From the NCBI GenBank assembly GCA_963667035.1, contig OY762964.1:2176001-2240000 (forward strand): a stretch of DNA of 64,000 nucleotides. Reading direction: 5' to 3'. This document shows positions 10,248 through 21,253 of this stretch, one piece after another (position 1 is the first letter of the stretch; every line of letters begins with the position of its first letter). A program made the position numbers and the translations under genes. The notes below the pieces were generated by a model. It saw only the letters and a list, made by a program, of their open reading frames with translations, had not been told where the DNA came from and did not search any database. The DNA is from Candidatus Cloacimonadales bacterium (lineage in GTDB: Bacteria; Cloacimonadota; Cloacimonadia; Cloacimonadales; JAFGVF01).

Positions 10248-11660
10248 CTAGTCCGATTGTGTCAGCATCTCGTATATTTTTTCAAATATGTAGCCGCAAT
10301 GGATACGATTAGTGAGATCTACTTTCTCTACGTCTATTTCCAGAACAGGTCCTTTATGAAAACCATAGTGCAGGACATCGTTGTGATAGGTCTTATACCA
10401 TTCATTAAGGTTACGTATATCGGCTAAACTCCAACCGCCTTCAGTCTCCATTTCACGTCCACGTTGTTGAATTCTATTCCATGCAAGCTTAGGATTACCT
10501 TGGAGTATAATCATAAGGTCAGCCGAAGGAAGTTTGCTATTAACTTGCTTGAATTCAGTAATAAGTTGGTTTAGCTCGTCCGCAGTGAGTATCCCGTCTT
10601 TCTCAAACTGATAGCAGAACACCAATAGATCTTCTGCTAACGACCTGTCCTTTATATAACCGGCATCTCCACTCTTCCCTTTTAAACGTTGTTCACTTCT
10701 CATCCTAAGAAAATGTCTCTGCAACTCAAAACAATACTTTTTCTTGTTACCTAGAAACTTCTCAAGTAAGGGATTCTCTTCAGGAGCTTCGTAAAGCCCC
10801 TTTAGTTTTAATGTCCTTTCCATAATAGCAGTTAAAGTTGATTTTCCTAGCCCTACATTACCTGCGACCGTAATCAGCTTTGGATTAGAATAGAGGTATT
10901 CCTCAAGTTTTCTTTCACTATCAATGGCTTTCAATGTAGCTTTTGTTTGAGGAAGCCTGACCCATTCTCCCATTCCGGGTGAACTAACTCTAAGTTCAAG
11001 ACTCTTTATCTTTTCAGCAATCCTTATAATAGTCTCTTTAAGGAATACTTCCCTATTAAGGTCATTCCTCTTATTGGCATCAATAACCAAAACAGGACAT
11101 TCAACAAAACGATTAATGTACTCCTCATACAACTCATGGAGAAGTTTAAGATATTTAGGCTCAATCTGTTTCTCACTTTCACGACCACGTAACGAAATAC
11201 GCTCAAGTACGGTTTCTACATCCGATCTTAAGTATACAACTAAATCCGGAGGAGTAACTTTCTCGGTCATGAGATGAAAAGTTCTTGAATATGTTCTGAA
11301 TTCGGCTTCTGTCATATTACTGAGAATCTTCTGAGCTTTACCAAAGATGTGGTAATCTTCATGGAGTGTCCTATCTTCCAGAACTATCCCCTTACAGGCT
11401 TGCATCTTAATCTGTCTGTCCAACCTACCGTTAAAAAACTCTATTTGAGCCATGAAAGCATATTTTACAGGATCTTTATAGAATGCATCAAGGACAACCG
11501 GGTCAAACTCTTCTTGAAATGCAAAAACATCTTCGCTACAATCCTTCTCGGGATATACATCAAGTAAGAGCTGTTTTAAAGGTTCCGAACTGGCCGCCTT
11601 CACTAAAGTTGATTTGCCGACACCAATGTTTCCTACGATAGCAATTCTAATATTCTCCAT
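10248..11660 (-). CDS. Two-domain deoxynucleoside kinase
   Basis: Two P-loops (GNIGVGKS, GNVGLGKS), two DR[TS] motifs and two RGRExE lids. Confidence 0.88.
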   Translation of the reverse strand: MENIRIAIVGNIGVGKSTLVKAASSEPLKQLLLDVYPEKDCSEDVFAFQEEFDPVVLDAFYKDPVKYAFMAQIEFFNGRLDRQIKMQACKGIVLEDRTLHEDYHIFGKAQKILSNMTEAEFRTYSRTFHLMTEKVTPPDLVVYLRSDVETVLERISLRGRESEKQIEPKYLKLLHELYEEYINRFVECPVLVIDANKRNDLNREVFLKETIIRIAEKIKSLELRVSSPGMGEWVRLPQTKATLKAIDSERKLEEYLYSNPKLITVAGNVGLGKSTLTAIMERTLKLKGLYEAPEENPLLEKFLGNKKKYCFELQRHFLRMRSEQRLKGKSGDAGYIKDRSLAEDLLVFCYQFEKDGILTADELNQLITEFKQVNSKLPSADLMIILQGNPKLAWNRIQQRGREMETEGGWSLADIRNLNEWYKTYHNDVLHYGFHKGPVLEIDVEKVDLTNRIHCGYIFEKIYEMLTQSD

Positions 11661-11661
11661 T

Positions 11662-12468
11662 CTACTTTATACCTCTTTTTAAACCTATAACGTAAGGTAC
11701 TCTTGCTTGTCTCTTGTTGTCAAGACCCATATATTTACCAAACTCGTAACTACCTCCATGGTAGACAATCCTTTCTCTATTGTTAAACGAGACAAAAGCA
11801 TTAGGACCCTTCTCAACAAGCATAAGATCATTTAGCTCAAGATTAAACTTCTTCATCAAACCGGGGATTTCAGATAATTGATAAGGCGGTCGACATAGAA
11901 TGAAGATAAGATTTCCCTCTTTGTCTTTACCTACAGCTGAGAAACTGGCAACCATATCGCTGTAGCAATTCAATTGTTTACCATTCCTGATTAAACCAAT
12001 ACCTTGTAGCATACATAAGTATTCATGGTCTATTTTGGATATATCATTCTCTTCTGCAAACCTGAACTCTATCTTGTTCTCAGATTGACCGTTACCTATA
12101 AACATCATCATATTCATATCGGGATTAGGTATATTCTCTATTGAGAAATCCTTACCTCTCAAAACTCCCAAAGACGTAACATTGTCATCATCTACCATAG
12201 CAGCATTAATTATGCATATCATATCTTTCTGCCAATGCCAATAATCCGAATTCACCGGATGAGAAGCTTTAAAAACTCCAATATTGAAAGATTCGGGATT
12301 AAACTTGTAAACATCAACCTCGTCATTCTCGGAGAAAGATTGTTTAGCCATTCTCATTTTTGAGTAATGTGCTCCATGCTCAACTCTTGTCCATACAGGT
12401 TCTTCTGACTCTACTGCAAAAATCATGGTTGTAATTGTGATTAATATTATCAGAATTATTGTCTTCAT
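11662..12468 (-). CDS. Exported protein, phosphodiester glycosidase (NAGPA-like) family
   Basis: Signal peptide; IINA, SAVGKDKEGNLIFI, LMLVEKGP (degenerate LDGG motif), RVPYVIG. Confidence 0.55.
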   Translation of the reverse strand: MKTIILIILITITTMIFAVESEEPVWTRVEHGAHYSKMRMAKQSFSENDEVDVYKFNPESFNIGVFKASHPVNSDYWHWQKDMICIINAAMVDDDNVTSLGVLRGKDFSIENIPNPDMNMMMFIGNGQSENKIEFRFAEENDISKIDHEYLCMLQGIGLIRNGKQLNCYSDMVASFSAVGKDKEGNLIFILCRPPYQLSEIPGLMKKFNLELNDLMLVEKGPNAFVSFNNRERIVYHGGSYEFGKYMGLDNKRQARVPYVIGLKRGIK

Positions 12469-12826
12469 TTACCTACCCTTCAAGTTTTTTGCAAGGCTGA
12501 GAGATTGGTGGATACTTGTCAAATGGTTTATGGCAAAATGATTAACAGACAAACGCATTTCACCTTGTTTTTGATAAGATTTGAAAACCTATTAAAGTAA
12601 TACTTATACATGACTTCATAGTGAATAAGCTAACTGCTAACCATTTAAAATACAGTATAATTCTGATTAATCAAAGCTTTTAGATATTATTAACACTACA
12701 ACTAAATTTATTTAAACAAGTTTTCTTTATTTATGTTGCTTTATTATTGATTAATTACCTTTTTATTTGACATTATGTTTTTAATGTTAGTATTTTGTTT
12801 TTATCTTTATCAAAAAGGGGTATGAT

Positions 12827-15496
12827 ATGGCTAATATGGAATCAAATGATACTAATAATGCAAAGATAAATAATGATATTATTAGAATTTATGCTCATGA
12901 AGGGACAACTGTAAAAATAGAAAATGAGAATGAGGTAGGGAAATCAATTTTTACTGACATATATAAAAGAGCTCTTAGAGAAATAAACAATATCATTATC
13001 AATAATAAAGATGTTATCATGAAATCCAAGCACCGTGATATCTATTCAAATGAAACTAACTGCTATAATAATATAGTTGCGTTTGTCGGGGGACGAGGAT
13101 TTGGAAAGACATCCGCAATGCTGACTGTTGCCTCGATGCTAAAAGATGATAAGAAGTATGATAAACTTATTGAGTCCGGCTTTAATTATGGAGTAGATAC
13201 CAAAGATGAAATAAAATATAGATAATTCAATCACATAGGCATTATTGACCCGAGTCATTTTTCACGTAGTAGCAATATTATTGAAGTTTTTGTCTCCAAA
13301 CTTTTCTGTAGCTTTAAAGAAAAAATCTCAAAGATTGATACAAATATTGATGATGATAAAATTAGAAAAACGACAAAGATGTTTGACGAAGTGTTAAAAA
13401 ATCTAAAATCAATAAATCATCTAGAGAAAAAAGACTTCCTTGATTCTGATAACATTGAATTGCTTGAAAGCTTTAGTACCAGCTTGAAATTAAGAGATAA
13501 CTTAATAAAATTAGTAGAATCATATCATGATTTGATTTTTAAAGTTTCGAGTAAAGATATTGAATCTAAATTCTCTTTATTAGTTATTGATGATCTTGAT
13601 TTGAATACTAAACATTCAAGTCAGCTATTAGATCAGATTCATAAATATCTGATTATTCCTAATGTTATTATTCTTCTTGCAGTAGACTTTTATTTACTTC
13701 TTGATACAGAAAGCATAAATCAATACTCCCAATTCTCAGGACTAGAGAATCTGAAGGAGCAAGTGCTCTCAAATGAGATTAAAGAATATTATAATGTTTC
13801 AAAGAAGATTGCCTCTCTAGTACTAAAGAAAATCGTCCCTGAAACTAATAGATTAGTGTTACCGTCAATGAGAACGGATTTTTATAAAAAGGAAATAGGT
13901 TATTTTAAACAAAATGGCAAGTTAGAGTACTTAGCACCTGACACAATAGATATGCTAGAATCAATTCTTTTGCGTAAGTTAGATGTAAAAATTAAACTAT
14001 CATTGGATCATAGCTATTTCCTGCTTCCAAGAAATATTCGAGAGTTACATCAAATGATTGAACTATTAATATCACTTGATGATCCATTTTCAAGCAACGA
14101 TGCATTAGAAAAGAATGTTTCTATTTTCCTAGAAGTTGTCGTCTATGGTTGGTTACAGGATGAGCTCCCTGATGAATATGTAGCTTTGTATAAAAGACTA
14201 CTTAACAGTAACACTAACTATCTAAATAAGCAGGTTATAGAAGAAATAAAAGAACTGAAGATAATCTTTCTAGAAAAAGATACAAGCTTACAAAAGGATA
14301 ATGAAGGATTAAAAAAAGAAATCAAGTTAATTTTCAATAGCTTGAATAATCCGAGAAATATTTCATTTGGTGATGTAATGTTTGTACTTGGGAAAGTAAA
14401 AAACATATCTGGAATATGTGAGACTTTGTGGAAATCTATTAGATTACTCTATTCTCTAAGAATGAAAGTAGCAGAGACCAACCATGACTTTAAGAGTTTG
14501 CAATCAATTATCAATGGACAATTTACTAATCATAATATCCAATTAATGCCAAGAAGTAATAAGTTGAAATTAAGAAGAGATTACTTACAAATTGATAATT
14601 ACAAAGAAATACTTCAGGATGTAGCAGAAGATAACAAATTAGACTATTTATTGCAAAACTTTATAATCTATAGGGGTAAACAAGAAGAAGATTATCGCAC
14701 TGATGATGAGATTTTTTATAAACGATACGTACCTAATCAATATTCAAATGCAACATTCTATATTTTAGCTTTTTTATATTATCAATATGATTATGAATAC
14801 TTTCAGAAGCTAGATAGTAAGCTAAATCACAAACAAAAAGATATGAGTATTCCACCAATTCAGTTACATGACATTGATAAAGTTGATGCAGCCTTAAAAG
14901 AAGCAAAGAATAAGGTGGAAAAATCTAAAGGCCTAACAGACGCTCAGTATATAAAGCAATTTCTTAGTATATTTATAAATAACATGATTAGTCATGGATA
15001 TATAAAGGAAGATTACAATTTTATTGAAAGTGAAGAGAAATTCATTTTAAATATGTTATCAAAGCTTTTTATAGAAAAGGACGATAAACTTCAACTACTA
15101 TCAGAATACATGTCAATCTCATATAAGTTTCAGACAAATATCGGGCAAGATTTAATTGATTTTTCATCATCATTTAAGCCAAAACCTGATATTGGTGAAA
15201 AAACTATAGCGACATTGATAGAGTACCTTGTAAAATTGAAAAATTATCAGCCAAGAGAAGATACCTTAAGTATTGTTTCTCTCTACCAAAGATTAACAGC
15301 TACTAAGTTCAAGGATGTAAATCTAGAAACAGACTACATCTATAATTTCTTGAATTCATTAAGAAGGTACTTAATTGATGCTATATATGATAGTACTAAC
15401 TCTTATATTTATAGAGGTGAAGTTGTTTCATTAATTTCTGATTATATTTTTACTATTATCATGTTCTTCGACATCAATGTTGAGAAGAGTAGTTAG
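12827..15496 (+). pseudogene. rdrA: RADAR-like P-loop ATPase interrupted by one in-frame TAA (13223-13225)
   Basis: ORFs 12827 and 13379 share a frame; read-through gives Walker A GGRGFGKTS, IIDPSHF..NIIEVFV and Walker B LVIDDLDLN in ~889 codons; directly upstream of a large adenosine deaminase. Confidence 0.8.
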
Positions 15497-15499
15497 ATT

Positions 15500-18019
15500 A
15501 TGTTGCAAATCATATTGAATAGTGTGTCAGAATGGTTAAAAGGAATGTTTGATTCTTCAAACCAAACAACTACTATCAATGTAAAAATCCCTGCAAACTA
15601 TACTTTAGAGGTTTTTAAGAAAAAGTCCCAGTATTTCAATAGCTCTGAAAAAGATGATAAAGTTTCCATAGATATGTTTATTGAAGCTCTAAAAAAAGAA
15701 GCAAACAATACACTGCTGATTCGAAATGATGGAGTTGAAATCAAGATTTATGAAATCATAAATTGGACCAGATATTCATTAGAGATGGGAGAAGATATTT
15801 TCACTACAGCCCATTTAGCAAATCAGGATCTAAAGTGTCATAGAACAAGAGATTGGTTTCTATGGTCTGCAATGCTAGGATCAGATGATACAAGACTTAA
15901 AAGAATTCTATCAAAAGGAATGGCTGAAAACCATTGCCATTTAGGTGCTGCAGGTCCATGCTTTGAATTGAACTGGATTACTTTGATGAATAGACTTGAT
16001 AGTCACAATCAGATCTCCAAACAAAGAAAGAAGTTAGGGCTTCCAGAAGACTATACTGAAGAAGAGTTAAAAGAGTTGTTAAATTTAGCATCTTTATTAA
16101 GACTATATCTATATCAAGAAATCACCGACAAGAATTTAAAAGATGATACAGCTCTAGTTTCTAATTGCCTTCAGATGATTTTGAAAAATGCTTATGTAAT
16201 GAAAAGTGAAATACAGAGTATGATTACAACTTATTCCAGTCTTTATAGCCCGGAGCTTAAAGTAGCAGATGTACAAGGTCGCTTTGATTATGCAATGCCA
16301 AAGAAATACAGTAAATGGCAAGAAGAACCTTACTTTGTACTGGGTGGTGAAAGATACCTGATGTATCATTGTTTCAAGCGAATATATGAGACTAAGGAAT
16401 CAGATAGATTTTTGAGGTATTTTTTAGCATATCTGGGGATAAAGCATAGGGTAAGAAATCTGTTCGTACAACAACATGGAATGAGTGGATTTCAAAATTT
16501 TGCTGATCATCAAGGTAGAAAAGCTGTATTTCTTAACAATGATTTAGTGAAAAGATTGCATTACAGAGTCCCAATTATTGCATACGGAAATGATAATTCT
16601 ATTAAGAGCTTTGAGGCTAGAGAACCTTTTAGCAAAAAACCAATATCTATGGTTCTTGATAGCTATCATAAGATAACGCAAAGGAATCAAAGCTACACTG
16701 ACCGCTTCATAAAAGGTGAGGACATGGAGTTCATCCCAGGACTCCATTTTGTCATGGCATTTAAGAAGAAGGCATATAAGCTTCACAAAAGCGATATGGT
16801 AGAACGTCTTAGATGTAGACATGCAGATAAAAGGTTGGAAGTTAAGAAAGAAGCTAAATCTCTAGAGAATTACTTCTCCGGATATAAAATATACAAACGC
16901 TACCCGATAACAGGAATTGATGCTTTAAGTGCTGAGCTTGAATGTGAGCCTGAAGTTTTTGCCCAAGCTTATCGATACCTGAGAGGCGAGTGCAATAAAT
17001 ACCATAAGACACTTCTAGATACTGAAGATAATGGGCATAGATTCAGGGCTACTTTTCATGTTGGAGAAATGTTTCTTGATATAGTTAACGGTTTACGAAC
17101 CATTTTCGAAGCAGTAAAATTCCTAAGACTAAAACGAGGAGACAGAATTGGGCATGGTATGGTGCTAGGTGTAAATCCCGAAGATTTTTACAAATCAAAA
17201 CCTTATATCTACTTAAGGCAACAGGATTATCTTGATAATATTGTTTGGGCACTACATATGATAAACACTTATAGTTTGAATGTTCATCATGCATTACAAG
17301 GGAAGTTAAAGACTGAATATCATAAGTACTACTATGAGCTCTATTTCGAAAAGTATAAAGATAATGGAAGTAATCTGCTAAATAAAGTAGTTGAACATGA
17401 AACCTACTACTGGGCTTATAAATTACGAGCGGACAATCCCAAGCACTACTTAGATATTGATAAAAAAAATACCAAGCCAAGACCATTGTGTGCGTGGGAT
17501 AGATACGACTTTTGCCATAAGAGAGTTGAGGATGGACTCACTAAAATCCCCAAAACAGTGTTAAAACTAATCCAGAAATATCATTATGATCCACAGACAA
17601 AGAGAAAAGGACGTAAAGTTATAAGAATACCCATTGATAATGAATATATTAACTTAGCCACCCTAATTCAGAGAGAGATGCGAATAATGATTGCTGAGCG
17701 AGGTATTGGCATTGAGTGTAATCCAACTTCTAATCTAAGAATAGGACCATTTGATAGATATGACGATCACCCAATATTCAATATGTTTGCAATTGACGAA
17801 AAGTTTAAAAATGACTTTGATAAGAACTTGTTTGTATCTATCAATACAGATGATCCGTCTGTATTCAATACATGTCTAGAGAACGAATATGCTGTTCTTC
17901 TAGCCACCCTACAAAATCAGAAAGATGAGCACGGTAATCGTAAATACACCGATACTGAGATATACGAGTGGTTAGATCGTGTAAGAGAAATGGGATTAAA
18001 TCAAAGCTTTCTAAATTAA
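15500..18019 (+). CDS. rdrB: RADAR-like large adenosine deaminase
   Basis: ENHCHLG, GIDA..AE, TFHVGE, RIGHG, IECNPTSN, SINTDD; 839 aa; 3-bp gap after the ATPase. Confidence 0.85.
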   Translation: MLQIILNSVSEWLKGMFDSSNQTTTINVKIPANYTLEVFKKKSQYFNSSEKDDKVSIDMFIEALKKEANNTLLIRNDGVEIKIYEIINWTRYSLEMGEDIFTTAHLANQDLKCHRTRDWFLWSAMLGSDDTRLKRILSKGMAENHCHLGAAGPCFELNWITLMNRLDSHNQISKQRKKLGLPEDYTEEELKELLNLASLLRLYLYQEITDKNLKDDTALVSNCLQMILKNAYVMKSEIQSMITTYSSLYSPELKVADVQGRFDYAMPKKYSKWQEEPYFVLGGERYLMYHCFKRIYETKESDRFLRYFLAYLGIKHRVRNLFVQQHGMSGFQNFADHQGRKAVFLNNDLVKRLHYRVPIIAYGNDNSIKSFEAREPFSKKPISMVLDSYHKITQRNQSYTDRFIKGEDMEFIPGLHFVMAFKKKAYKLHKSDMVERLRCRHADKRLEVKKEAKSLENYFSGYKIYKRYPITGIDALSAELECEPEVFAQAYRYLRGECNKYHKTLLDTEDNGHRFRATFHVGEMFLDIVNGLRTIFEAVKFLRLKRGDRIGHGMVLGVNPEDFYKSKPYIYLRQQDYLDNIVWALHMINTYSLNVHHALQGKLKTEYHKYYYELYFEKYKDNGSNLLNKVVEHETYYWAYKLRADNPKHYLDIDKKNTKPRPLCAWDRYDFCHKRVEDGLTKIPKTVLKLIQKYHYDPQTKRKGRKVIRIPIDNEYINLATLIQREMRIMIAERGIGIECNPTSNLRIGPFDRYDDHPIFNMFAIDEKFKNDFDKNLFVSINTDDPSVFNTCLENEYAVLLATLQNQKDEHGNRKYTDTEIYEWLDRVREMGLNQSFLN

Positions 18020-18021
18020 AC

Positions 18022-18537
18022 CTATTGCTTTAGCTCAGGACTTGGATATTCATAACCCAGAGATTCAAGACTATTAGTCTTTACATAAGTATCAGGACGC
18101 ATCCACTCTGTAGTTCTACCAAGAGCCGGAACTCCTATATAACCTCTTACATCCAGATTACCCTTATCGTTATAACTCATTTTACATTTATAAGTCTTAC
18201 CATTCTTAGGGTCATAAATAGTTCCGCTCTTCCAAGTATCCTTCTTAAACAGAAAGTCCTTCATTATCTTAAGTCCTAGTACAGGATTACTTCTTAAGTT
18301 TTCTTGGGGATTGAATTTATCCATTTTAATAGTTCCCGGTATACCCTCTTTGGCATCAATGTACAAAGGTTCTTTTAACGCAACAATAGAAGCTTCATAC
18401 AAACCGTTTACCGATTTGATTTCAACGACTGAGGATGCATCCTCCGTTACCCAGTAACCAAGAATATCATCAGATGAAATAGCAGTCAAGAGCACTGTGA
18501 TAGCACATACAAGAATTAATAAGATAGTTTTAATCAT
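18022..18537 (-). CDS. DUF2147 family exported protein
   Basis: G.W.T, D..NP....R..P.LG, GTIYDPKNGKTY, VRGYIG..ALGRT..W; GGAGG RBS before ATG 18537. Confidence 0.85.
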   Translation of the reverse strand: MIKTILLILVCAITVLLTAISSDDILGYWVTEDASSVVEIKSVNGLYEASIVALKEPLYIDAKEGIPGTIKMDKFNPQENLRSNPVLGLKIMKDFLFKKDTWKSGTIYDPKNGKTYKCKMSYNDKGNLDVRGYIGVPALGRTTEWMRPDTYVKTNSLESLGYEYPSPELKQ

Positions 18538-18773
18538 AAATACCTCCAAATGATTCGAGTTCATTTTCACTATAACTCTGTTCGTTTGACAAGTAATTTA
18601 TTAAGCACTTTAATATAGGTTATTGCGAAATTTGATTGTAACCTTTAAAACATAGCTTCATTATTACATCAAAGATGTAAGCAGATGCAGTCAAACTTTG
18701 AAAATTTTTATTGACATTTGGAATTTTACAAAGTTTGTGAAAAGGTAAAAATAATGTCATTTATGGAGTGTAT

Positions 18774-20105
18774 ATGAAACGAATCGTCGTCCTATTATTA
18801 TTCGGGTTGTTGTTAATCGGTTTAAAGGCTGAGGGCTATCAATTGGAAGAACTGATTGAGACAGGAATGCAGAATGCCTCGTCAATCATCAGAAGCGAGA
18901 TAAGCCGTGATAATGCCTATTCAAGCCATACATCTAGCTGGTTATCATTCTTGCCTGATGTAAATGCATCTTACGGAAGAGTACGTAGTCTTTCCTATTC
19001 AGATAATAATGCTAACAATAATAACGGGAGTAAGTACTTTACATGGGATGATGAGAACAAAGACTACACGACTTCAGAAAGTAGTAGTTATGGAATTAGT
19101 AAATCCATCTCATTAAATGAAGGTGATTACTTTCATTTTAGGAACACTCTTATTGATAAAAAAGTAGCTGATATCAATATGGATATTGCTAAGAAAGACT
19201 TGGCATATACTATTATTGAATTTTATCTCAATATCCTACAGGCGCAAAAAACGTTGGAAATTCAAGAAGAGAACCTAGCTCTTCAAGAAAGAGTCTTAGC
19301 TGAAATCGCAATTCAAGTACAACAAGGAAGAAAGACTACAATTGACCTTAATCAAGCCGATATAGATAAGATTGATAGTGAAATTCAAATCGAAAACTTG
19401 ACCAACTCACTAAAGAACATGAGAGCGAACCTGTTTAACATGTTACGTATTAATGATAACGGTTCAGAGTTTTCAGATGTAGCAATAGCTATTGAACCTA
19501 CAGAGAGCTTACCTTCATATGAAGAGATTGTTCCAGACAGTAAGAATAATCCATTTAGTTTCAGAATTGACTACTTGAATTTAAAGAGTATGAAAATTAA
19601 TGAATGGCAATACAAACTAAATTTCCTCCCGACAATCACCTTATCTGCAAGCCAGAAACACTCATCTGTTACGGATGAACCTCTAAAGTATGATACAAAG
19701 CAGCAAAGCTATTCATTAGGAATCAGTGCCTCATATTCTCTATGGAACTTTTTCAATCAGCGTGAAAATTACAGACGCTATAAAAACAGTATGAGACTCA
19801 CTGAACTAAGCATAGAAGACAATATTAGCGATTACAAGTCACAATACAATCAGTTAATGAGAAATCTGGAATACTTACACAAAGCTAAAGATTTGTATGA
19901 GCGTAAAGTACAACAAAGCAATGAGAACTTATCTGTTGCTAATGAAAAATATACTCTAGGTTTGATAGATTTAATTGAACTTGATCGTTCAAGAATATCC
20001 AACCTACAAGCAAGAATATCTCAAAATGAGAATTTCTACAGTATTTTAAAATCACAAGAACAATTAAATAAACTGCTTTCACTCCCAATAATGGGTCGCT
20101 GGTAG
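18774..20105 (+). CDS. TolC family outer-membrane efflux protein
   Basis: Signal peptide, duplicated FLP motifs, coiled coils, KYTLGLIDLIEL. Confidence 0.85.
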   Translation: MKRIVVLLLFGLLLIGLKAEGYQLEELIETGMQNASSIIRSEISRDNAYSSHTSSWLSFLPDVNASYGRVRSLSYSDNNANNNNGSKYFTWDDENKDYTTSESSSYGISKSISLNEGDYFHFRNTLIDKKVADINMDIAKKDLAYTIIEFYLNILQAQKTLEIQEENLALQERVLAEIAIQVQQGRKTTIDLNQADIDKIDSEIQIENLTNSLKNMRANLFNMLRINDNGSEFSDVAIAIEPTESLPSYEEIVPDSKNNPFSFRIDYLNLKSMKINEWQYKLNFLPTITLSASQKHSSVTDEPLKYDTKQQSYSLGISASYSLWNFFNQRENYRRYKNSMRLTELSIEDNISDYKSQYNQLMRNLEYLHKAKDLYERKVQQSNENLSVANEKYTLGLIDLIELDRSRISNLQARISQNENFYSILKSQEQLNKLLSLPIMGRW

Positions 20106-20133
20106 GATATAGAAGAGAAGAAGAGAGGATTAG

Positions 20134-21237
20134 ATGAAAAAACTTATACCTGTATTGTTAATGTTCCTATTTGTAACAGCTTGTAAGGTTGGAATCAAGA
20201 AAGGTACAGACTCCGGCAATGAGAGCATTCCTACACACACTGTTAAGAGGGGCGAAATCAATACTAAACTGGACGTTACCGGAGAGGTACAACCTAAAAG
20301 TACGATTAAGGTTAAATCCAGAGTAGCCGGTAAAATAATAAAGTTTTATGTAGATGAGAATGATTATGTTAACGAAGGTGATGTAATTGCCGATATAGAG
20401 CCGGATTATAATCAAGCCGAGTCAATTTCAAGAACAAGAAGTAGCCTAAGATTAGCTGAGATAAATCTGGCAAAAGCTGAAAAGGATTTTAACGACTACA
20501 AAGAACTATATAAGAAGAACTACATTTCTCTTAATGAGCTTACAAACGCCTCAGACCACTTTGAATCAGTTCAAATTAATTATGAGCAAGCACTTGAACA
20601 ATATGAACTCGTGAAAGACCTAGATTCAAAAGATTCAGTATCAAAGCTTTATGCTAGCTCATCCGGAACAGTAATCTCACGCCTTGTTCAGGAAGGTGAA
20701 ATGGTAACTTCAAGTAATGCAAGTTTTGGTGAAGGAACAGTAATTCTTCACTTAGCCGATTTAACAAAGATGGTAGTAGAATCTGAAGTTAATGAAGTGG
20801 ACATTACTAAATACCATAAGAATCAAGTAGCTTCCGTACTAGTTGATGCTTTCCCTTATGAGAAGTTTACAGGAAAAGTAAGTAAAATAGCTGCTTCTGC
20901 TACTGATAATAGCGGAACTAAAGTCTTCCCTATTCAGATACATCTTGAGGGTAACATTTCTAAGCTAAAACCCGGTATGACAGCTAATGTAAGCATAGAA
21001 GGTGAATCCAGAGAAAACATACTTTTAATCCCAATAAGAGCGATATTCACCGATGAGAAAGGACAAGATGTCGTATATTTAATGAAAGACGGAAAACCTG
21101 AAAAGGCAGTACCAATAAAAACAGGAATCAATGATTTTCAGCAAGTGGAAATAATAGAAGGATTAAACGAAAATGATATAATCACTCTTACTGAACCGGC
21201 GTCTTTGGCACCGAAATCAGAAGAGTACGAATTCTAA
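20134..21237 (+). CDS. Efflux periplasmic adaptor (MFP) lipoprotein
   Basis: Lipobox VTAC, VKSRVAGKI, VNEVDI, LKPGMTANV, VEIIEGL. Confidence 0.9.
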   Translation: MKKLIPVLLMFLFVTACKVGIKKGTDSGNESIPTHTVKRGEINTKLDVTGEVQPKSTIKVKSRVAGKIIKFYVDENDYVNEGDVIADIEPDYNQAESISRTRSSLRLAEINLAKAEKDFNDYKELYKKNYISLNELTNASDHFESVQINYEQALEQYELVKDLDSKDSVSKLYASSSGTVISRLVQEGEMVTSSNASFGEGTVILHLADLTKMVVESEVNEVDITKYHKNQVASVLVDAFPYEKFTGKVSKIAASATDNSGTKVFPIQIHLEGNISKLKPGMTANVSIEGESRENILLIPIRAIFTDEKGQDVVYLMKDGKPEKAVPIKTGINDFQQVEIIEGLNENDIITLTEPASLAPKSEEYEF

Positions 21238-21253
21238 AAAAAGGAGACAACTG

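Noticed and set aside
13223..13225. Recoded stop (Sec/Pyl) in rdrA
   Set aside because: The codon is TAA and no convincing hairpin follows it
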